The position numbers and the translations under genes were made by a program. DNA of 63,546 nt, the filler included, from Neolecta irregularis DAH-3 (lineage: Eukaryota), in NCBI GenBank assembly GCA_001929475.1. It is 10 parts of 10 records of this genome, joined end to end, with 100 filler letters (N's around TTAATTAATTAA, not from the genome) between each part and the next. Parts side by side here need not be neighbours in the genome. Positions count along the whole stretch, not along the records: positions 12,338 to 14,987 come from LXFE01000985.1; positions 15,088 to 17,604 come from LXFE01000988.1; positions 17,705 to 36,570 come from LXFE01000990.1; 7 more parts are not named here. One strand, written 5' to 3'. Below, piece by piece: positions 12,238 to 25,225 of this stretch. Within the stretch, counting starts at the first letter, position 1, and every line of letters starts with the position of its first letter. Under the pieces are notes generated by a model. That model was not told the origin of the DNA. It searched no databases and worked only from the letters and a program-made list of their open reading frames with translations.

Positions 12238-14113
12238 NNNNNNNNNNNNNNNNNNNNNNNNNNNNNNNNNNNNNNNNNNNNTTAATTAATTAANNNNNNN
12301 NNNNNNNNNNNNNNNNNNNNNNNNNNNNNNNNNNNNNAAGGGTCGTCAATAGTGATAACCGTTGGTATTAATATACAGTGTTAAGCCTAGCGCGCTAATC
12401 GCGCTGGGCGCTACCTATATACCCGTTCTCGGGTGCCTCCGTCCGGCTATTCGCCTGGTCCCTGAACCAAGGTCTCAGACTGGGAGGGCGCCCACAGCTT
12501 GTGGCGTCCTCTATGTCTGACCCGGCTGGTGCGGTTGTGTGTGGGCGGTGGGACTTGATAGTGCCCACAGCCAACCAAGTACTTCCAGGCTGTGAAATAT
12601 AGAAGTATGAATTGCTTAGGCTTCATATATTGCTCCTTTGTGACTCTTAAAATATCTGTCTCAGTATCTGTAATGACTACTTTTCAGGCAACCTTTGTGT
12701 ATCACTCGCTGACGCAGAAGGCGGCTCTATCCTGTGGTTAGGGTCAATGTGTTGAGGTTGTGCTGTGTGCTGGTCCGTTATGAGACCAATTGTTTCATTC
12801 CTTTTGTGAAATTGTGGGGACTACCAAGCCCCCCACGGCATTACAGGTTGGATTAGGCCTGACCACGCAGAAGATGGGTGAGAACGGAGCGGGATTAGGG
12901 AAGCAACCCCGATCCGGGGGAGGAGACGGCTTCGACGGGTATTTGGGTCGCAGGCTTGATGCTGTATACCACAATACGAGTTGTTACTACCACACACAAC
13001 GACTCACCAGCTCGCCGCCGCCGCCCAATCGTCGGGAGGAGCACGGGGCGCAGCAAGGGCCGCTGCCCATGCCGGTCTGGCCCATCACAGGCATCGCCAC
13101 CAGGCAAGTCGATCGGGAGGCAATCGGGCAGATGACACTGGCTAGCAGATGTGCCGAGTCTATGTACAAGTAGGGCCTAGCCGGACTCGCCGACTAGTCA
13201 TAAACCCCGATATCCAATTTACGTAGTTAATTTGCTTGAAGTACCTACGGCAGCATATCGGACCAAAGTCCTTACCAGCGCCCCGGAAGAAACAGAGGAA
13301 TCAGCCCGTGGTATTAAAGTTCAAATTCGCCATATTTACAAGTTGGACCCTGCTGGGAATCTTCCCTCGATGTCTATTATTATCGAAGTTATTTATCCTC
13401 ACTGCCATTCTCATCTACATCGGTTGCAAGCTCTGTCTTCTATGGTTCCCCCCCTTAATTTCCTCTTTTATCTGCTTACTTCTGATTGGAGAAGGATTTT
13501 GTGCTCATCGGGTACTTGGAATAGCGTTTCACCCCGTATATTATTATCATCGTCAATCTAACACGCGGAAAAGGTGGTCATTGATATTATTGACTCTTGA
13601 ATTATATAGATTTGCGAAATGCCCTCTGATTTAACTTCAAGCAACCGAATGTGCATTTGGATTTCGGCGGCTTGAGCTGCGATAATCCTTCGTGCCATAA
13701 ACATTGGGAAGTTTGACTGTAATTGATACTGCAGGTGAGATCTGGTTGGTCTTAACCATTGCTGGTCTCTTACGGATTTCGAATTGATGGTTTAAACTTG
13801 AGGTGGATGACTGATATCGAGCCTGGCTTCCTAATCTGATTAAAAGTCCCAACTGGTAAATAATGCTTGATGTTGAATCTGATTACGATGACTCGGCATT
13901 GTCATTCCTTTACCACAATTAGGTACTGCAGTCGCCGATCGTCATAGACCACATTCCCCTCTCTTACAAGATGGGAAATTCCAGGGCAATCTCCCCTGAA
14001 TCGATAGGCTTGATCCGCCAATCGATGACGGGCTGAAAAATTCCCGACGGATAATTTACAGGCAAGAATATCTTAAAAGGGCAACGAGAACCAAAATCAT
14101 CCTCAGTTTTTGA

Positions 14114-14987
14114 ATGTCTTCTGTCGCGATGTTCAGCATCAATGAGTCAATCTGGAAGCAGAGTCCTTGGGAAATGTATATCAATGACCTACATGCCATC
14201 ATCGGATGCTGAACTTTTTATAGCAGAAAATCTGCAATCAATCAGATTATCCGCGCCACGAGGCGAAGAGAGAAACTCCTTCAACCCAAGTATACATAGT
14301 ACCAGACTAGATTGATTATCTAGATCCAGTCTCAATTCTGATGTCGATTCAACGTTGAATGGTACCTCAATTCAAAGTCCTACTACTCCAGAATGGAAGA
14401 CCACTCTTGCTTCAAACGAGTTTCCGTTCCCAAAGAAAATTTTGCCGAGCTTGGAGAAACCCGCGCCGGCAAATCTACAATCTTCTCTCGCGGTCAATGA
14501 TATTCCAGGAAAATGCGTACGATCTTGTGTTCTAGGGAAGACCATGTGTATATGTCAACGCGAACAATGGATCCTCGCAATCAGATATTTCAGACCCATC
14601 AGATGTTTCGACAGAGACGAGCAATATTCTCAATTCATAGCAAAACTCTTGGTTCCAGTAGCCATCTTTGATACTTCCCCGGGAAAATCACGCATAAATA
14701 TGATACGACGGGACCCGCCGAAGCCGGGGTTTCCTGCTCGCTTCATTGTATCAGCGGAAAAGGCATCTGAGATCTCAGTCGCGTGGTGCCGACACCATAA
14801 AATCCAAGCATGGGAAAAATATCTTCACTTCGCTATCGAGAGTCTGTATACTCACGGACATGTGTCCTCCATCACTCGCATCCAATTCCTCCATAGGGAG
14901 GTCAGTATATCCACTCTTCAAGACGTCGGTGAATGCTGTGGTTCGCTCTTACTTTTTGCACTAGATCCAATTACTGAGAGCCGTGTA
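14114..14987 (+). CDS. Hypothetical protein, 3' end lost in gap
   Basis: ATG 14114 with introns 14176-14223 and 14290-14323 gives one frame running into ORF 14355-. No recognisable domain. Confidence 0.45.
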
Positions 14988-15087
14988 NNNNNNNNNNNNN
15001 NNNNNNNNNNNNNNNNNNNNNNNNNNNNNNNTTAATTAATTAANNNNNNNNNNNNNNNNNNNNNNNNNNNNNNNNNNNNNNNNNNNN

Positions 15088-15363
15088 CGCATCCCTACCA
15101 AAGAGGGTGGCAATACCGATGACACGCGATCGATCTCTCTGTCCGTAAGAAGAGCTGTAACGATATACTCAAAGATTTACAGAGTATAAGTTACCAATCT
15201 AGTAAGACGGCGTAGATTAATATAAGGGCAATTTAGGGTTTAGGGTTAGGGTTAAGTATATACAGGCAAGCGAGGCATATCTAATCTAAGCTCTAAGGTC
15301 TACTTAACTTAGATTAGGAAATATAATCCAATCTTATTTGCACTCAGAGCCTCACGACTTACA
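15088..15363 (+). mobile_element. LTR remnant
   Basis: Shares the CTTAGATTAGGAAATATAATCCAATCTTATT...CTTACA terminus with 8360-8424. Contains TTTAGGGTTTAGGGTTAGGG. Confidence 0.5.
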
Positions 15364-15708
15364 AGAGCTAAGCTCAAAGAGGAAGTCAACGTCGTCATGG
15401 ACGAACAGAGCAGCAATATCCTCGCAGCGCGATCGATCGAATGCTCCGCAAGAAGAGCTAATGAGCTCAATGAGGAGATGTGCGGAACGGATGAGGATCC
15501 TTAGAGGAAGGAGCGAATAGACAGCAGCGAAGTGCGCTTCAAGGAATTACTATATAGGTAGGTCCATATCTGGCTAGCAGGGGGCTTTAATCGTGTGAAT
15601 TGATTATAAACGTAGTTACCTTCACTCAAAGTAACTGCCGCACTATCAAAATACCAACCTAAGTCCACGAGCGACAAAAAGGAACACGAACGCTCAGTCT
15701 GCATCAAG

Positions 15709-15892
15709 TGTAAGTGTGTACCTATGGTACAGGCTTACCAATACAGAAGGAAGGCTTGCATTAATATTGCGGCAATTAAAATTGTAATATATAATATAGA
15801 TAGGCGGTTCATACTACCTAGCCAAGTCGCCAAAACTTAGGCTAGAAACAATATAACCTAGTCTTATTCGTATCTGGGCTTCAATACCTACA
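15709..15892 (+). mobile_element. Solo-LTR-like element
   Basis: TGTAAG...CCTACA termini and AATATAACCTAGTCTTATTCGTA core shared with 18438-18460 and 33502-33519. No TSD found. Confidence 0.5.
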
Positions 15893-16208
15893 ATGTCCGT
15901 TATACGTATCGCTCCTCTCCTTTCTCCAATCCCAAAAGTAATAGTCTCTCGCTCTCCGATTCAACATACCCTGTATCCGACTTACTTCTGCTGAGGAACA
16001 GGTGACGTACCCGTAGATATAAACCATCCAACATCCAGTTATAGGCTTGTCTCGACCTACCTTTAAAACCACAGCCGTTTATTGGGTCGTAAAACCAATC
16101 GCAGCCGGGGTCAGGGTGATAGCACGTGTATGGCCCATATATCTGAGAATAACATGTGTAGTAGCAGGCAGAGACGATTGGCAGGAGCCCAAGTATAGGA
16201 AAGCGCAT
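15881..16208 (-). CDS. Small secreted Cys/Tyr-rich protein
   Basis: MRFPILGLLPIVSA signal peptide followed by CYYTCYSQIYGPYTCYHPDPGCDWFYDPINGC. Probable 40-nt intron 15971-16010; the unspliced ORF ends at 15900. Confidence 0.55.
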
Positions 16209-16983
16209 GCTATCTTGATGTCGGAGCGCGTAGGGGATGGGTGGGCTTTGAAGATAGCGCAACACGCGTATTTACACTCGCATCATGAGATTGAGACTGA
16301 GATTGTGCGAACGGACAAACTGATCTAGGAGATTCGAGTAGTTTAAGTATCATTTAGACTCGTTCTTGCATGCGTAGATGACGTAGCACAGACCTACGTC
16401 ATTCGACAGTATATACCGTTAACTTCCCTATCCAGTTACAGGATCCACTCCATATGTTTTTATCCAGTATATCAATTTTAAGTGTTTAGAATCGAAAGGA
16501 ATCCTATCATGCAAGAAAGCCAAGTCTACATATTCTATCAAGACTACCAGGATGCAATCTCGTTAGAGAATAAGGTCCACCTGTAAGTGATACCGTCGTT
16601 GTTAACCTGTTATCACAGCTGGCGTTAGCATTCCTATTGCGTCGGCCAACCTCTATCAAAACAAAGCCACCTTTTATTGGTTTCCCGAAATTGAATGTGG
16701 CTTGGTACGCATGCTGGAATGTATCACTTTTCGCGTCTGTGTTCTCGCCTGCTTCTATTATCTTTGCTGAATGGTTCATTGATTTGAACTTTGGTATACA
16801 CACTTTCTTCTGCAAAAATTCTTGATAGCTTCAACAGGCACCCGCGGGAATGCTCAACCCCAGTTTTGATGCCCTAAAGTAGGCCCTTGCTTGATGATAT
16901 TTCTCCAACGGGCGCCGCCACAACACGCCTCTTCCTGTTCAAAAGCTCAGCGGTCGCTTTCTCACGAAACCCCAGTCCTTACA

Positions 16984-17604
16984 ATGGTCTTCGAAATGGG
17001 AAATATTACCATGATCCTCCGCATTCTTCAAATGCTGTTCTCTTTTCTGGTCTTGGCACTGATCTCCTCTGCCATCAGTAACCGTTTCTATTATGACCAA
17101 GACGGATTCTTATTATTCACTGTACATCCTGCCTAGACCTTCAGCTCATCGATTAGAGTCTCCTTTCGATGGCGAGCGTTGCCTATATCATTTTCACTCC
17201 AATTTTTCTAGCTCAATTTCATCATATCTTTGCTGTAATGGCACTCGAAGGGGTGAATGTCCTATTTTGGTTCTGTGGGTATGTGACTGGGTAGTCCTCG
17301 GGGTTTGATCTGTAGATGGATTGCAGAAGCGGCATCTGGCGGCAGGCTGAACTGTTCGATTAACGTGAATGGTTTCTATCTTTTCTCCTCTTCCTATAAG
17401 CAGGGTTGTGGCTCCGGGAAGGCAGCAGCAGCTTTTGGAGCGTTTACCTGGTATTCCTCTTTCATAGCTAAATCTGATTTACAGGATTCTTTGGGTCATC
17501 ACAATGGTCATGCTCATACGGACTCTTTTAAATGAAGGGCGCTTCCCTGGAATAGGGGGCAATACTGCTACTGCTAACGATACCGCCCTTGGAAACGTTA
17601 ATGG
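16984..17604 (+). CDS. MARVEL-domain membrane protein, runs into gap
   Basis: ILRILQMLFSFLVLALIS, LEGVNVLFWFCGWIA and C...KAAAAFGAFTWILW form four TM segments joined by three short GT-AG introns. Confidence 0.8.
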
Positions 17605-18221
17605 NNNNNNNNNNNNNNNNNNNNNNNNNNNNNNNNNNNNNNNNNNNNTTAATTAATTAANNNNNNNNNNNNNNNNNNNNNNNNNNNNNNNNNNNNNNNN
17701 NNNNGGATATGATAGTGGATCGGGAATGAGATAGACGATAGTAAAAATCGCGTAGGAAAGAGGGAGAGGAATAAGCTTGTGCGAGGAGACCCGATAGCAT
17801 CTTTTTAGGCGTTATCCCTCAGCTTAGTATTTCTTTACGACAAATACTCGACTGAGGATTTTCGCCTAAAATTCTTCATTCAAGGAAACGGCCACGATGA
17901 AGTCTTTCCCCAAGCAACCTTTCAAGACGGCGCCAATTTTGAAGTCCAGAATGGCAGAGATAGTATTGACAAGTTGCCTGTCGAAGAGGGCGGGCAGGGT
18001 GAAGAGGGCAGGCAGCAATGGGCAAGCAGGGCAGGGCAATAAAGGGCGAGGAGAGGGAGCAGCAATGGGTGAGGTGGGCAGGGCGATAACAGGCGAGGAG
18101 GGCGGGCGGTAATCGGCGGGACAGTAACGGGCGATGAGGGCATGTAATAATGAGCGACAAGGGCGGGTGAGGGCGGCCGACGAACGGGGACGGGCGACAA
18201 GGCAGTAGAGCTCTAATATCA

Positions 18222-18480
18222 TGTGTTATGGCCCAAACACAACACTGCTCAGGTGAACTATTTACACCAACACAAGTCTACAAGTGACAAAAGGGGAACA
18301 CCTTGAACTCTCACAAAGGAATAATTTGGTGAAACACCACCATTACTGAAGGAGGTTTGCAATAATATCGCGTTAAAATTGTACTATATAGTAGATAAGT
18401 CCATACGTAGCCAAAATCCATGTTCACTTGGGCTCGAAATAAAACCTAGTCTTATTCGTATTAGGGCTCTATCAGGTACA
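18222..18480 (+). mobile_element. LTR remnant
   Basis: TG...ACA termini and AATAAAACCTAGTCTTATTCGTA core shared with other copies. Left boundary approximate. Confidence 0.45.
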
Positions 18481-19272
18481 GAAAGTGGGTGGATTAAGAC
18501 GTGTGTAACGGAGAGGCTTCCGCCGAGTAAGCCTGGATAGCGGTAAAGGGAGGAGTGGAGACTCCCCCAGCGGATGAGAGGGGAATAGCTTAGACACTAA
18601 GTAGCCATGTATATAGTACCTGTGTGGAAGATAGCTGTCATCCCTAGGGTGACGACTAAATGTCACAAAGTTAGCCCTCCGCTACAACGTAAAGTTCATT
18701 CAGTGATCGACAGAGCCCAACTGAAAAGACGAAAAGAATGAGCCTTGCAGCACAGGGAATTCGGTTTTAGTCAGGGTGATAAGACCAAGATCCTCTGTAA
18801 TGCATTGGAAGAGTTTGACCTTGGGAAGTGATATAGTTTGATAACTTGTGGTCATGATGTTGGTTCGATAGTCAACACCGTGTCTTGGATCAAAAGACGT
18901 TCTTATTGATTGTCCTTGGAGCGTGTATTTTGCAATTCGCGTTGAATTAGAATAACAGAGACGTGTCTGAATACAACACAAGAGTGTGAAATGAAAAATC
19001 ATAGCTATTCAAGGAGTAAAGAATCAAGAAAACACAATGTCAAAAGGACCATTCAAGTCTTCCATTACATTCTCACTACTACCATCACGTAAATTAAACA
19101 TAGAATAGTCGTTTAATAGTGAATTCTATGATTTACTTGTATTTTCTCGCTTTTCTCTCATTCGTATCCAAGGTCATTCAAGTACGAATTATTGAGTTTA
19201 TATCTCAACAGGACGTTCCCCTGAAGACAACTTCGCCTATTTACATCACTCGCAACCTTTGACTTTCGCATC

Positions 19273-21837
19273 ATGTCTACTGCAGATCCGAGCAAAGGGA
19301 TAATGGATAAACACCTTATCACGACAATAAACAAGCTTCAAGTAACAAGACTTGTAAAATTTGCTTATCAGTTGAGGATGCTTTCGCGACTGTCGGCGTC
19401 CAGAACCCCGTAGATCTTCCCCAAATCACCGTTATCGGCTCTCAATCAAGCGGAAAATCGTCAGTCTTGGAAAACATTGGTATCTTACTATATCGTCTAA
19501 CAACTGTACTGACACATCAAGTGGGACGTGACTTTCTACCTCGTGGTAAACACTTTCCAAGGGCTAGTTCAATTTGCTCATGATATCCAGGGACCGGAAT
19601 TGTTACAAGACGACCTTTGGTAAATATCCGCAGCATCGGGGTCTTATTGTCCAGATTTTGCAATTAATACATCGTCCTGCAGGCTCAACCGATGGCTTGA
19701 AAGATGGTGCCAAGAATGAAGATTCAGCCGGCAATGGTGATGAATGGGGAGAATTTCTACATATTCCAGGTCAAAAATATTATGACTTCTCAAAAATCAG
19801 AGATGAGATTATTCGTGATACCGAAGCGAAAACTGGTCGAAATGCGGGAATCTCTGCGGTCCCAATTAATTTAAGGATCTACTCACCTAATGTTCTCACT
19901 CTCACGCTGGTCGATCTTCCTGGAACGACCAAGGTTCCGGTGGGAGACCAACCAAAAGATATTGAGAAACAGATTCGCGAGATGATTCTCAAGTACATCA
20001 CAAAACCTAACGCTATTATCCTTGCCGTTACCGGCGCAAACACAGATCTAGCGAACTCTGACGGTCTAAAGATGGCAAGAGAGGTTGATCCGGAAGGTAC
20101 CCTATCACGTTCATCGTGATCACTTATTGTAGGAACTCGAACAATTGGTGTCCTTACAAAAGTCGACCTAATGTACAGTCTATTAGCTCCGTTGCTCTAA
20201 TGGCGAAGGGATCAAGGAACAGACGTCGTTGATATTCTCGCAGGACGGATCATTCCTCTTCGCCTCGGATACGTTCCGGTTGTCAATAGAGGTCAACGAG
20301 ACATCGAGACTAATAAAGCTATCTCAGCGGCTCTAGAACATGAAAAAGCCTTCTTTGAGAACCATCCATCTTACCGATCGAAAGCTCAGTATTGCGGTAC
20401 TCCCTTCTTGGCTCGTAAACTCAATATGGCATGTTTGATCTTGTTCTTTCCTGCTCATCAGTCAGATTCTCATGCATCATATTAAGAACACATTACCCGA
20501 AATCAAAGCCAAGATTTCCGCCGCATTAGCCAAATACGGAGCTGAACTTGCACAACTAGGTGACTCAATACTGGGCAACAATTCGAATATTGTCCTAAAC
20601 ATTATCACTGAATTCTGTAACGATTATCGAACCGTTCTTGACGGTCAAAATCAAGAACTCTCTTCGAACGAATTGTCAGGTGGTGCTCGTATCAGTTTTG
20701 TCTTTCATGAATTGTACGCCAACGGAGTCAAAGCTGTCGATCCCTTTGATCAGGTTAAAGATCTTGACATCAGGACTATTCTTTACAACTCATCTGGTTC
20801 ATCACCCGCTTTATTTGTGGGAACAGCTGCTTTCGAAGTGATCATTAGACAACAAATCAAACGTTTGGAAGAACCTAGTTTGAAATGTGCGACGCTCGTT
20901 TATGACGAATTGAACCGTATTCTTTCACAGTTGCTTCAAAAACCTGTATGGTCTTGATCATACTCCTCTAATACCCAGTTCTTCAAAAGGTATCCTGCGC
21001 TTCGAGAGCGATTCCATGCTGTTGTCATCGCTTTCTTTAAGAAATGCATGACTCCCACGAATAAGCTCGTACAGGATTTGGTTGCTATGGAGGCTTGCTA
21101 TATTAATACCGGACATCCAGACTTTATCAGTGGTCAACGAGTATGTTACAATAATTCGATTGCCGAATTGATATTTTAGGCTATGACTATTGTGGGCGAG
21201 AAAATGCTGGCAAACAAACCAGTACAAGTTGATCCAAAGACCGGCAAACCGATTGCATCACATATCTCCACAGGCTCAGACGTCAATGTTGAAAACTCTG
21301 GGTTCTTTGGAAGTTTCTTCGCTGCGAAGAACAAGAAAAAGATGGCTGCGATGGAGCCGGCAAGTCAAGTTATTGATAAAACCCCTTACTGGATAGCCTC
21401 CAGCTGTGCTGAAAGCGTCTGGGACACTCAACGAACGTGAAACTGTGGAGACTGAAGTAATTAGTACGCGAAATTTCTCTGCATGCCCGCTTAACTATAT
21501 TCAGAGTTGTTAATCATGTCCTATTTCAATATCGTAAAGAGGACAGTCATTGATATGGTACCGAAGGCGATCATGTTCAATCTCGTGGGGTATATTATAC
21601 GTCGATTGAGTCTTGGTTGATCAGCCATAGATTCTCTCGCCATGATATGCAGCGCGAACTTCTCGAAAACCTCTACAAGACAGATGTTCTTGACGATCTT
21701 CTCAAGGAAAGCGAATACACCATCAACCGCAGGAAAGAATGCCAAAGAATGGTCGATTCACTTGCTCAAGCATCGGAAATTGGTTCGCCATTTCACTGAC
21801 CACACAACACTAATTTGCTCTAGTCGCGAATGTCTAG
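19273..21837 (+). CDS. VPS1: Dynamin-related GTPase Vps1, 14 exons
   Basis: [62 protein letters not shown]...[11 protein letters not shown] and GED. Thirteen introns of 33-45 nt. Confidence 0.95.
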
Positions 21838-22029
21838 GTAGATTCGGAGTTTGTGGATTCTTTCAGAATTTAAAATGTTCTATTCATAGAACCAACACTC
21901 GTTAATGTCCCCTAATGAAATATACATGCGATGTCAATCCCAACTACCATTTTCCCAGTTCAGTCCCAATGTTCCCATTTTGCATTAAACATGCTATAGC
22001 TTCCATATTGCACCAAAGGGAATATTAGT

Positions 22030-25000
22030 TCAAACAAAAGCCCACAATAAATGTTTAGCCGTGTCTTCATCCTCGATAATTCGCCAATCGAAAACGTAAA
22101 CGCTCTCGCTCAATTTCCCTTCCCTGAATGCATCTCGAATTTTTGAGAGCATGGACATCATTTCCTTTCTCTGTCTCTCCTCAATGAGAATGACAATTCT
22201 GGAAAGATGGGATATGTTGAGCTGGATGGGATCATCCCATTGTAATATCTGTTTCACCTTGTGTCCTTCAAGAACGGTGTAGATGTAGCGTGATTTTTCA
22301 AGGCTAGAAGCGAGAAATATAGTGGAATCAGAGTTAAACAGGCTGTTTTTATTAATCGAACATTTCTTAGTCCGCGAGTGGTTCAAAGCAAAAGAGCCTA
22401 GCAGTGTTCGCCGATGTTTAGGAAGAGGCATAAGAGAATCTTGAATGTTCTCTAAACCGTCGTTTTCTTTATTAGAGTCTTCAAGTGTTCTTTTTTGAAG
22501 TTTCACAGGTTGATGGAACGAGTCATATCGCAACGATGAAGGAGTATTCAGTAATCCAGAGGTCGAAGGTTTCTCGGAACATGAAGACACTAATGATGAA
22601 GCAGCTGTAGAAGGACCTTTGTCTGCAATATCAAAGGGATTTGCTTCCGCTGATCGATTCCTCGATGGGGTATTTGGAACCGAACCACTGAAAAGTGACG
22701 CTTTTGAGCGTTGTTTCCGAATTTCAAGGCCGTGCAAAAGGGTGGCTTGTATGTCCAGTGTCATTGTAGGTTTCAATAGGGATTTTGTTGACGAAGTATC
22801 TTCCAGGTTCGTCTGCTTGCATTTTGAAACACTCCTCAGGTCCATCATTTTAGGTGGAGCGTCTTGCAATCCTTTAGATGAAATAGCTTTGATTCTACAT
22901 GCTGAAAGGATTTTCTGAGGAGTAGTGGGAGTTGAGCGCTTAGGGGGAGTCTTCGTTTTAGCTTGATTATGGAGCTCATCTGTTTCTGCTAGAGCTTCTT
23001 GCCATGCTTCGATTTCTCCGGGGAGAGGTAACCCGGTTGCTTCTTGTGCAAGCGCCTGATATTCGTTATAATCCACAGCATCCAGCCATACTCGATCGAA
23101 ATGATGTTTGATAAAACGGGGCCATCTTAGAACACTGTAGTCTATTGCACCGGGTTTGTGAAAACCAGACCCAAAGATCTCGAAGACCATTGGATCCTTG
23201 AAAACGACAGTTAAAGGTGATTCTTGTGTTAGTTCCGGCCGTATCTTATAATTCGCTGGCATGATGAAACTCTAAAAGGTTATTAGGGTACTTGGAACTT
23301 ATTATTACATTTGCTTTGTATGTTATGGCGTTGCTTTTGTTGATGTTATTCAAGTTGAATAGATCTGCCATCGCAATATCATAAGTGAGCACATCCACTA
23401 CAAGGAAATCGGGTTTGGCTCCCTATAGAGTGAGGAATTTCTTCGAGAGATAACTTGCCCTCTTTTTGACATCGTCCTTATTCGTCACCAAGCCAATATG
23501 GAAAACATTCCACATGTGCGATCCAAGTTTTCGGTCCTTTGCTCTCTTGGTGTTAAAGCCCGCTCCAACGATCGCAACATCTGCCGTATCTCCAAATCCG
23601 TTTATATAATCTTTCTTGAGTTTGACCCAATCGTGATTATGACCGTATAATGGCAAGTATGGACTGTCCGCTTTCTTGATAACTAGGCCTTCTTGTCGAG
23701 CAGTGATAATTTCTGCTTTGAATTTCCGGAAGGAATTGAGCTTGCCAGCATAATCAGTCTTGAAGTCAAACTGCCGACGAGCTGCTAACTGTGACTTTTC
23801 ATTAATTTTGGATTCTTTCTGGATATCAAACCCATCCAGACCTTATATCTATCAATGATTCTAGCGTTTTCCTCCTTTCTTCATAGGTTTCGCCTAGCAG
23901 GGATCTGTCGTCCACCAGAATGCAATCAAAGAAGACAATCATCAGATGTTCAGTCTTTGGTATTCGACGGGTCTTATCGCGACCTAAGCCTCTATTCGCT
24001 CTTGTTACATGATATCGAATAACATCGAATGGCTGAATCGCTTTGAGTTTGTCATCATATACAACCAACTCGCCTTCGATGATGCATTTTTGTTGAAAAG
24101 CTCGATTCTGTCTAGTGAATCTCAATGCTTCGATTATGATTCTAAATGTGGGTGAGAGAAATGATGGCATATGTACGGCAAAGTTCTCTTGCGATCCTGT
24201 GTACTGTTTCTTCCACTTTTACTAAAGATTTTGATTGGAGAGTGCTCATCAGCCAGATCGACATGTATTTGCATTCTATTAATCAATTGAAATCAACCAA
24301 AAAAATACCTACCGCTCGCCATCATATTTAATTTCGGCATAAACACGGCTTTTGTTTATTACGTCGACTGTGTGTTTACAACCCATGCCTTTCTGACATT
24401 TTGGAATTCGCACAGGTGTTCCAATTTGTGGCCGGAAGGCGGGATCTCGATCTTCCCAGTACAAAGCTTCACAAGCCTTTCTTATGTCATGCTTTCTACA
24501 GGATTTAGAGGGCTTAGCATAGCGGGTAACGTACATCGAGTAGATTCGAGGTAAGCACTGATCGATTCTTACAAGGACAAAACCCTCAGAAAATTCCACC
24601 GGTCGAAGGTCCTTTAGTAGAATCCTTACGAACCATTTTGCTTCATTTGGCGTCATGCGATTGAAATTTGGCTTGATAATCTTTAAACAACATTTTCTTT
24701 CATGGGTTGGCATTCTCTGCACGTCTTGATTCTGAATTAGTTCTGAAAATGTAGAAAGCGTAGCAAGCTCATTGAAAGTTCCTTCAATGTCAAGAATGGT
24801 CAAGTTTGAAATTTGGTGCGACCCCTTCCCCAGGATTAGCTTAATATTTGATCAAAGTGAAGTAATACAGGAAATGTCAGATCAACGATGCGTTTCAGAG
24901 CAGTTCCTAGATCTCCATTTCCACTCTCTCGCCAATTCTCAAGTTGGGTCTTTCTGTGTTCGATGTCGAGTACCTTGGTAAAGATTTTGACCAGCGAATT

Positions 25001-25225
25001 CTCGCGAAGCGCGTAAACCCTATCTTTTCGCATATCCGGAAGTAGCATGCTAAGAAGGGCTAGCGTCATCTTTGAGTTATTCTTTAAAATGTCTTTATGA
25101 CAGTTGAAAAACACGTTGAGCGTTTCAGAGTAGACTTGTTTTGTTCGTATTTTCGATAATTTTGCAAGTTGAGCTCTTTCTAGAGCTTCGAGTAAATTAC
25201 ACACATCACCAAAAAGTATGGACAT
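22030..25225 (-). CDS. ATP-dependent DNA ligase (Lig4-related paralogue, no clear tandem BRCT)
   Basis: Motifs AEIKYDGER, IIEGELVVYD, VFFDCIL, EGLVIK, WVKLKKDYINGFGDTADVAIVGA and LRWPRF; N-terminal DNA-binding domain LLPDMRKDRVY; about 7 short introns. Confidence 0.88.

Noticed and set aside
12338-13852. ORFs of 60-132 aa in the post-gap region
   Set aside because: No motif, no coherent splice model and mostly non-ATG starts.
15231-15253. TTTAGGGTTTAGGGTTAGGG telomere-like tract
   Set aside because: Only three units, embedded in an LTR remnant, with no evidence of a chromosome end or fusion.
17866-18222. Several P/L-rich ORFs in a GC-rich stretch
   Set aside because: Low-complexity GGGC(A/G) repeats open all frames and there is no recognisable domain. 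Probably a decayed mobile element.
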